From contig JAPEUI010000072.1 in the NCBI GenBank assembly GCA_026025075.1, forward strand, positions 62,001-89,774: a stretch of 27,774 bases of DNA, in the 5' to 3' direction. Both the position numbers and the translations under genes were made by a program. How positions within the stretch are numbered: position 1 is the first letter of the stretch; the number at the start of each line of letters is the position of its first letter. This document shows, piece after piece, positions 22,655 through 27,774 of the stretch. The stretch is from Vezdaea acicularis. Taxonomy: Eukaryota. Under the pieces are notes generated by a model, which worked only from the letters and a program-made list of their open reading frames with translations, was not told where the DNA came from and searched no databases.

Positions 22655-25600
22655 ATGAAGGTTCCGACCCTGCAACTAACGGACTCGTCTCCTAGCTCCA
22701 GTTTACTCTCGGCAGATCGCTCAAAATATACCCAGTTATCTCCTGCCGATAGTAAAGTTAGTTCATATGCAGTTACGAAGCCACTGCCTTCACCAGCCTA
22801 TTGCCTGACACCAAAAGCTTCATTCGATTTTGCGCCGCCAAGTCCAAATCGTGCAAGCCTCGATGACAGTCAGGTTCGTCCATTAGCGATGCCCTGAACG
22901 CTATAGATCAATGCTAAATCTTCGGTGGGCAGTCTGAGTCTGATGACGACAGTGAAGGTGGCGTCAAAGTACCCGCCGTTTCTAACATGTCGACTTCGTC
23001 CCTTCATGGTGCCGTGGACTCATTCGGTAACGACAATGCTGGCTTCGGCTGGTTATCACCTCTCCAAGGACCTCAAAGAAATCGTAATCATCGAAGTCCC
23101 TTCCAAGCACAAGGATCAAATCTTGAACAACAAGCAGCGCAGAGAGCGCAGCGACTTCGCGGAGAGAGCGATTGCAATGTCACCTCTAGTCGACGCTCAT
23201 TCGCCGGTATTCATAATGATCCATTCACTGACGAAAATACCTGGGCAACAAATTTGCAAGCAGTTACTGCAGATTTTCAGAGTGCGACGCTAACGAATAA
23301 CTCTACTCGAGGGGCTTTTTCTGGTCAAGACGCCAGAGAGCGTTCATCTCATCGAACTGCTCGGTCTTTACCAACAAATCTCGTAATTGACTCCGGCGGG
23401 AGTGTAGAATCGGGGGACTATGCCACAGAGGTCCAATATTCATCTAAGAAAGTCCAGCCTTTGTTTCAAGATCGGCAGCACGAAGAGCCCTACAATAACC
23501 GAGTCGCTGCCTCAGATACAGATATGAACGGGTCTCCGACACCAAAGCAACCTACACAGATCATATCTCGTGCTTACTGGCGTCCCAGCATCTCAAGCCC
23601 CATAGCTGAAGAAGACGTTCTTTCCGGTGCCCTAGCTGTCAGCGCTTCAAACCCTGCCCTGTGTCGACCGCTTGGCTTAGAGGGTTGCACTGGCTGCCTG
23701 GAGACGCCGACTCATGTCTTAGAACCCTGCTCACATGGTACCTGTGCTTTTCATGTGAGAAGTTGGTTTTCTCAGAAGAAGCAGACCCGTGGTAGAGATC
23801 TCTTTTCGTGTGCCTTCTGCTTTCGGGTGAGTACCCATATCTCTATCTTTACATTATATGCCTCCCCCCCCCCCAAAACCATGTACTTGCAATCAACATC
23901 AGGGAGAAGTACATTAACACTCCTTTTCCGTCAGATCGTGCACCAGGTACCTCAAAAGCTCTCTCGGATGGACCGTAATACGGCCAGTCAGAGTGATTAC
24001 ACAGATTACAGTCAGACGGATACCATCCCTCAGGACCCTTTTAAAATTAGCAGCAAACCAACTGTCCGCCCCACTGAGAATGAGGAGGAGCATAATACTC
24101 ATATACAGAATCGTGGTCGCAACAATAGAGGTTTTAGCGTAGTCTCACCAGTCATTTACAAGCACCATACGATTGATAATGGGCTCCAGGACTCTATGGA
24201 TGCAGCTCAACAATACTACCAACCTAACGTAGTGTCGCCGCTTCGCAGAAGGTGGACAACAGACAGTGCTTCTCAAGCTAATGATCTACACGTCGACACG
24301 GTCCAAAGGCGTCAGCTTCACCAACCTGAAAATTCATCAAACTTCCAAAATATGAACGTGCAGGACGTTAGCGGGTCTACTTCTGCAGTCTCTCCATGGG
24401 TACCCGAACAATTCCGACGACACAGCTCCAAGCCAGACCAGGCAGAGCCGTTTATGCAGAGCCCTACTCAGCTTAGCAACAAATCGTGCCATCAAATTCC
24501 TCTAGGAGGGCTTGGCCAGCCTCAGCCAGCTTCTGGTCAAGAGCGGGGACATTTTGTTCGCTTCAACGCTGACGACCAGCTACAGTACGGGAACTTTCCT
24601 AACAACGCCCCACTAGCGTGGCAGCAATGCATGCCTGGGGTACAGCTCCATCAAAGCCAGATTGAATGTGTAGCACCTCTTGGCATACAGCAGTCGCAAC
24701 CATTGCCTTCGCATAACCTTTCCGGGCCCTATCATCAAAGTGCTGCTCAATTTCTCCCAAGCGGATCCGGCAATGCTTATTTTCAAGCCCGTCCCAACCA
24801 GTATCCTCCTAATCTCACGGGCCAGCAAACCCACCACCAAATGCTACAGCAGTATTATACTCCCAAAGATAATCATTCGGGTCAGTTTCAGGGTCTCACC
24901 CGTTCCACTCTCCAAGCCCGACCAAGTTACACTTATTCTCCAATTGTGCCGGTTGATCTTGGACATATGCGAAGTTTCGGCCACTTGCCTTCTTCAGCAA
25001 AAGCAGTTCTACCTGTATCATACCCTAAAGAAGGCCCTGAGTCCACAAACCGTCATCGTTCGACTTCGAGTGGCAGTTTGAGGCTCTTCTCCCGCCCAGG
25101 TGTCTTACCATATCCAATTCAGCCTCCACCTGCACTGAGTATCCAGCTGCAACGACTTCTTTCTGACGGTGTTATCCCTGTGGATATTGCGTGTGACATT
25201 TCCCTCGGACCTTTCAACCATCTTGGGAGTCAACGGTTGCATGCGTTCGGCGTTCTCCTCATCACGAACGTAAGTCAAACTCGCAATCATTACATTTATG
25301 TAAGAAGTTTTTTCTAACAAACTGTTCTTTGACAGCTTCCCTATGAGGTGACGAAGGCACAGGTGTTTGAGTTAATCGGGGGCACTTCTAAGACGATTGA
25401 TGACCATGGAACACCAATCCATATATTGATGGAACGGCACACCGCGAAAACGCTAGACTGCTATGTAGAATTCATCAGCTTTGCAGAAGCGATGAATTTT
25501 GTCAATGCTTGCTCGAACAGGAAGAGCATGGGCCACCCTCCACGCATCGGAGAGCGGATTATCGGCGTCGAGTTGTCAAGCCAAGATATGTTGATGAAAT

Positions 25601-26516
25601 CATTATTTCCCAACGCAAGGAACATCAGTTGGGCTGGAGGCCACCCTAGATTGATTGAGAACACCCAAAACGAACTTAGTGGTGGCACTTTTCGGGGGTT
25701 TATCACAGGGGAAGAGCTACTTCATTTGGCGAAGCATGCCGAGCGCCCCGACGGCGTAAGTAATTCACTCCATAAAAAGTGGTACCTACTTACAGTTTCT
25801 CTAGAACTACCATAGCCAAAGGTCCAAGCAAAGGCCATACGAGAATATGATAAGCGTCCTTCAGAAGGTATGAGACCACTCAACCTGATTCTATAAACTC
25901 GTTTGAGTCTGACCCTACTTCAGTTTCCATGGCAAGCGACACATTTCGTTACCGTCGGCGCGAGAGACAGTCTCTTCGAAACTACGCTCAAAATGATGCA
26001 TTCTTTGGAGCTGGCATTACTCAACCCAAACAGAGACTCGGTGCTCAACATGGAGCTTTTTGAATCCTTGGTCACCGCTGGCCTTAACGCTCCGGGCTTC
26101 ACTGAACAGCAACGGGTCAAGATATCTGAGCATGGTAATTTTAAGATCCCATTCACGGACCTGTCACGGGCTTGGCCCTTTCAGGCTCTCGGAAGGAAAA
26201 GTGACGTGCCTGAAGATGTGGTCGCTGTAAGATAATAACTCGCTATAGTTCTCTGTATTCTTTTTGGAAGAAAGGCTAAAGAGTTACACTACAGGTCTTT
26301 GCCACATATCTTCATCATGCCACTATCCCTACGGACAACTCCTACTGCGCCAACTCGGACAGTATTTCGCAACCAAGCCATTCACCATTTGGTGCCATCA
26401 ATATCACGCTACCTCGGGACAGAGACTTGATCACTATGAAAGAGGCCGCCACTTTTGAGTGGGAAATCGTTACCTCCCTTCTACGTAGGGCTCTCATCAA
26501 CCAAAGCTTTGAATAG
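22655..26516 (+). CDS. Large protein with RING-like Zn finger, Q/S/P/N-rich low-complexity region and C-terminal RRM-like domain. Exons 22655-22873, 22933-23826, 23935-25269, 25336-25755, 25805-25867, 25924-26226, 26295-26516; possible extra first exon 22310-22344
   Basis: Six phase-0 GT-AG introns link the ORF pieces into one frame. CTGC..PCSH..CAFH..CAFC cluster. RNP-like LLITNLPYEVT and IHILMERHTAKTLDCYVEF. Confidence 0.8.
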
Positions 26517-27774
26517 ATATACCACTTTGGGCTTCGGTCTGGATATGGCCACTTTTGCAATTGACTATAAAGGGTCTTCATTACGTTTTGATTTTCAGGT
26601 CCTCGAAGATCTTAGGCAATTATGGGTAGAACTACGCCTGCCCTTTGAATACTCTCGTACACGATCACGCCCTCGACCCATCTGACTTTAGCATTGGTCT
26701 ATTTCCTTTGCTGATCAGTCTTCTCCTGCTCGTGCAGGCATGAATGAGGCCTTTTGGCGCTCTATTTTAAGCTTGTAGATCTCTTGAACGAAAATTACAT
26801 ACGGGTCCGGTCTTCTTATTACCCTGCGGAAATAATAAGACGAAGATCTCGTATCGAAGAGAAAGAGCCGGACTCCTCTCTCTTCAACGGCTACCGTTTA
26901 GCTGTGTTACAGCAAGCTTTCAAAGCGCTTTAGGTGGCCAAATTGTTCGACTGTAGCCAACACTTCGATCAAACACATCGCCCTTGCTGCGGGCTCAGCT
27001 TCATGATGATTACGATTCCATGACTGTTATAGCTATGTGGCAATAAAAGTTGCTCAATCTCGTTGTCCTTTCGCCTAGATACGCCAGTAAACCAGATCAT
27101 CCCCCATTTCCCTCGTATACTAGGTAGAACAAGACGGCTTGACCCTAGGGGGGGCGCACTGAGCATCGTTTTGATCTCCTTAGCATTACGCTCCTTGATA
27201 AACCTAGGGTAGCTATTTCTCTGTTACCCTTCATGAAAAGAAGCTGGAGGCGCCCTTAGCTCAATCTTCGTGTCACACTTTCCTAACGCCTAACACACGA
27301 TTGCTCCGCCCGCCCTAGCTTCAGTACATGCAAGATTTTTTAAAAAAACAAAAGCGTTTGATACAAGAAATGAACACAATTCTCGATAGATTATTGTGTT
27401 CTATCATCTGACTGGTGGCTTCCTAATGCTCTGTGACTACTCTCAGGCTTCGGCATACTCCAAATAACGTAACATATACGCATAGTGCCTTACATCGTGC
27501 ACGCCCCATGGTATGAACTTAAAGCAGGTCTACGAACTTTAGTCGTACTAGTCTTCCCCGGGTTCTCGCTTAACACCGTAACGTCGCCGCAACGGCGGGG
27601 CAGCCAAAAACCCCCCCGTTAAGCAGCGCGAGCGAGCATAGCTCAATCAACTTAGTCTAGAATGCATTTAAATTGATATGAGAGATAGAGTAGTATGTAG
27701 AGAACCACCTCCGCCAGTTTGGCGCATCCAGCTAGCTTATGTAATGCCAAAGTTGCGATTTCTAGCCATTTCCT

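Noticed and set aside
26700..27774. Gene-free right end with short hairpins (27531-27547, 27585-27597) and homopolymer runs; possible repeat relic
   Set aside because: Stems are only about 5 bp; no TIR, LTR, transposase remnant or tRNA fold is visible.

Overview
Gene-dense, intron-rich genomic DNA of a filamentous ascomycete (Pezizomycotina-type ~50-70 nt GT-AG introns with CTRAY-like branch points). By manual splicing I reconstruct 11 complete genes and one partial gene: a partial S/Q/T-rich ORF (- strand, runs off the left edge), an MSC7-type aldehyde dehydrogenase, a membrane-anchored SGNH-like protein, an MFS transporter, a beta-mannosyltransferase(GT91/BMT)-like protein, a dienelactone hydrolase, fumarase, an SHB17-like histidine phosphatase, an 85-aa spliced small protein absent from the ORF track, the deubiquitinase UBP6, Arp2/3 subunit ARPC4, and a large RING-like + low-complexity + RRM protein. 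No transposon, rRNA, tRNA or CRISPR is supported. The most striking feature is inside the ALDH gene: a 7-nt microexon that completes the WNYP motif is followed by an outsized 219-nt intron. This intron is densely self-complementary (closing stem, multibranch hairpin, candidate kissing loops, H- and ACA-like boxes), and nearby alternative splice sites would each create a premature stop. It is a candidate intron-encoded structured RNA and/or splicing switch. All family assignments come from motif recognition by eye, not database searches.
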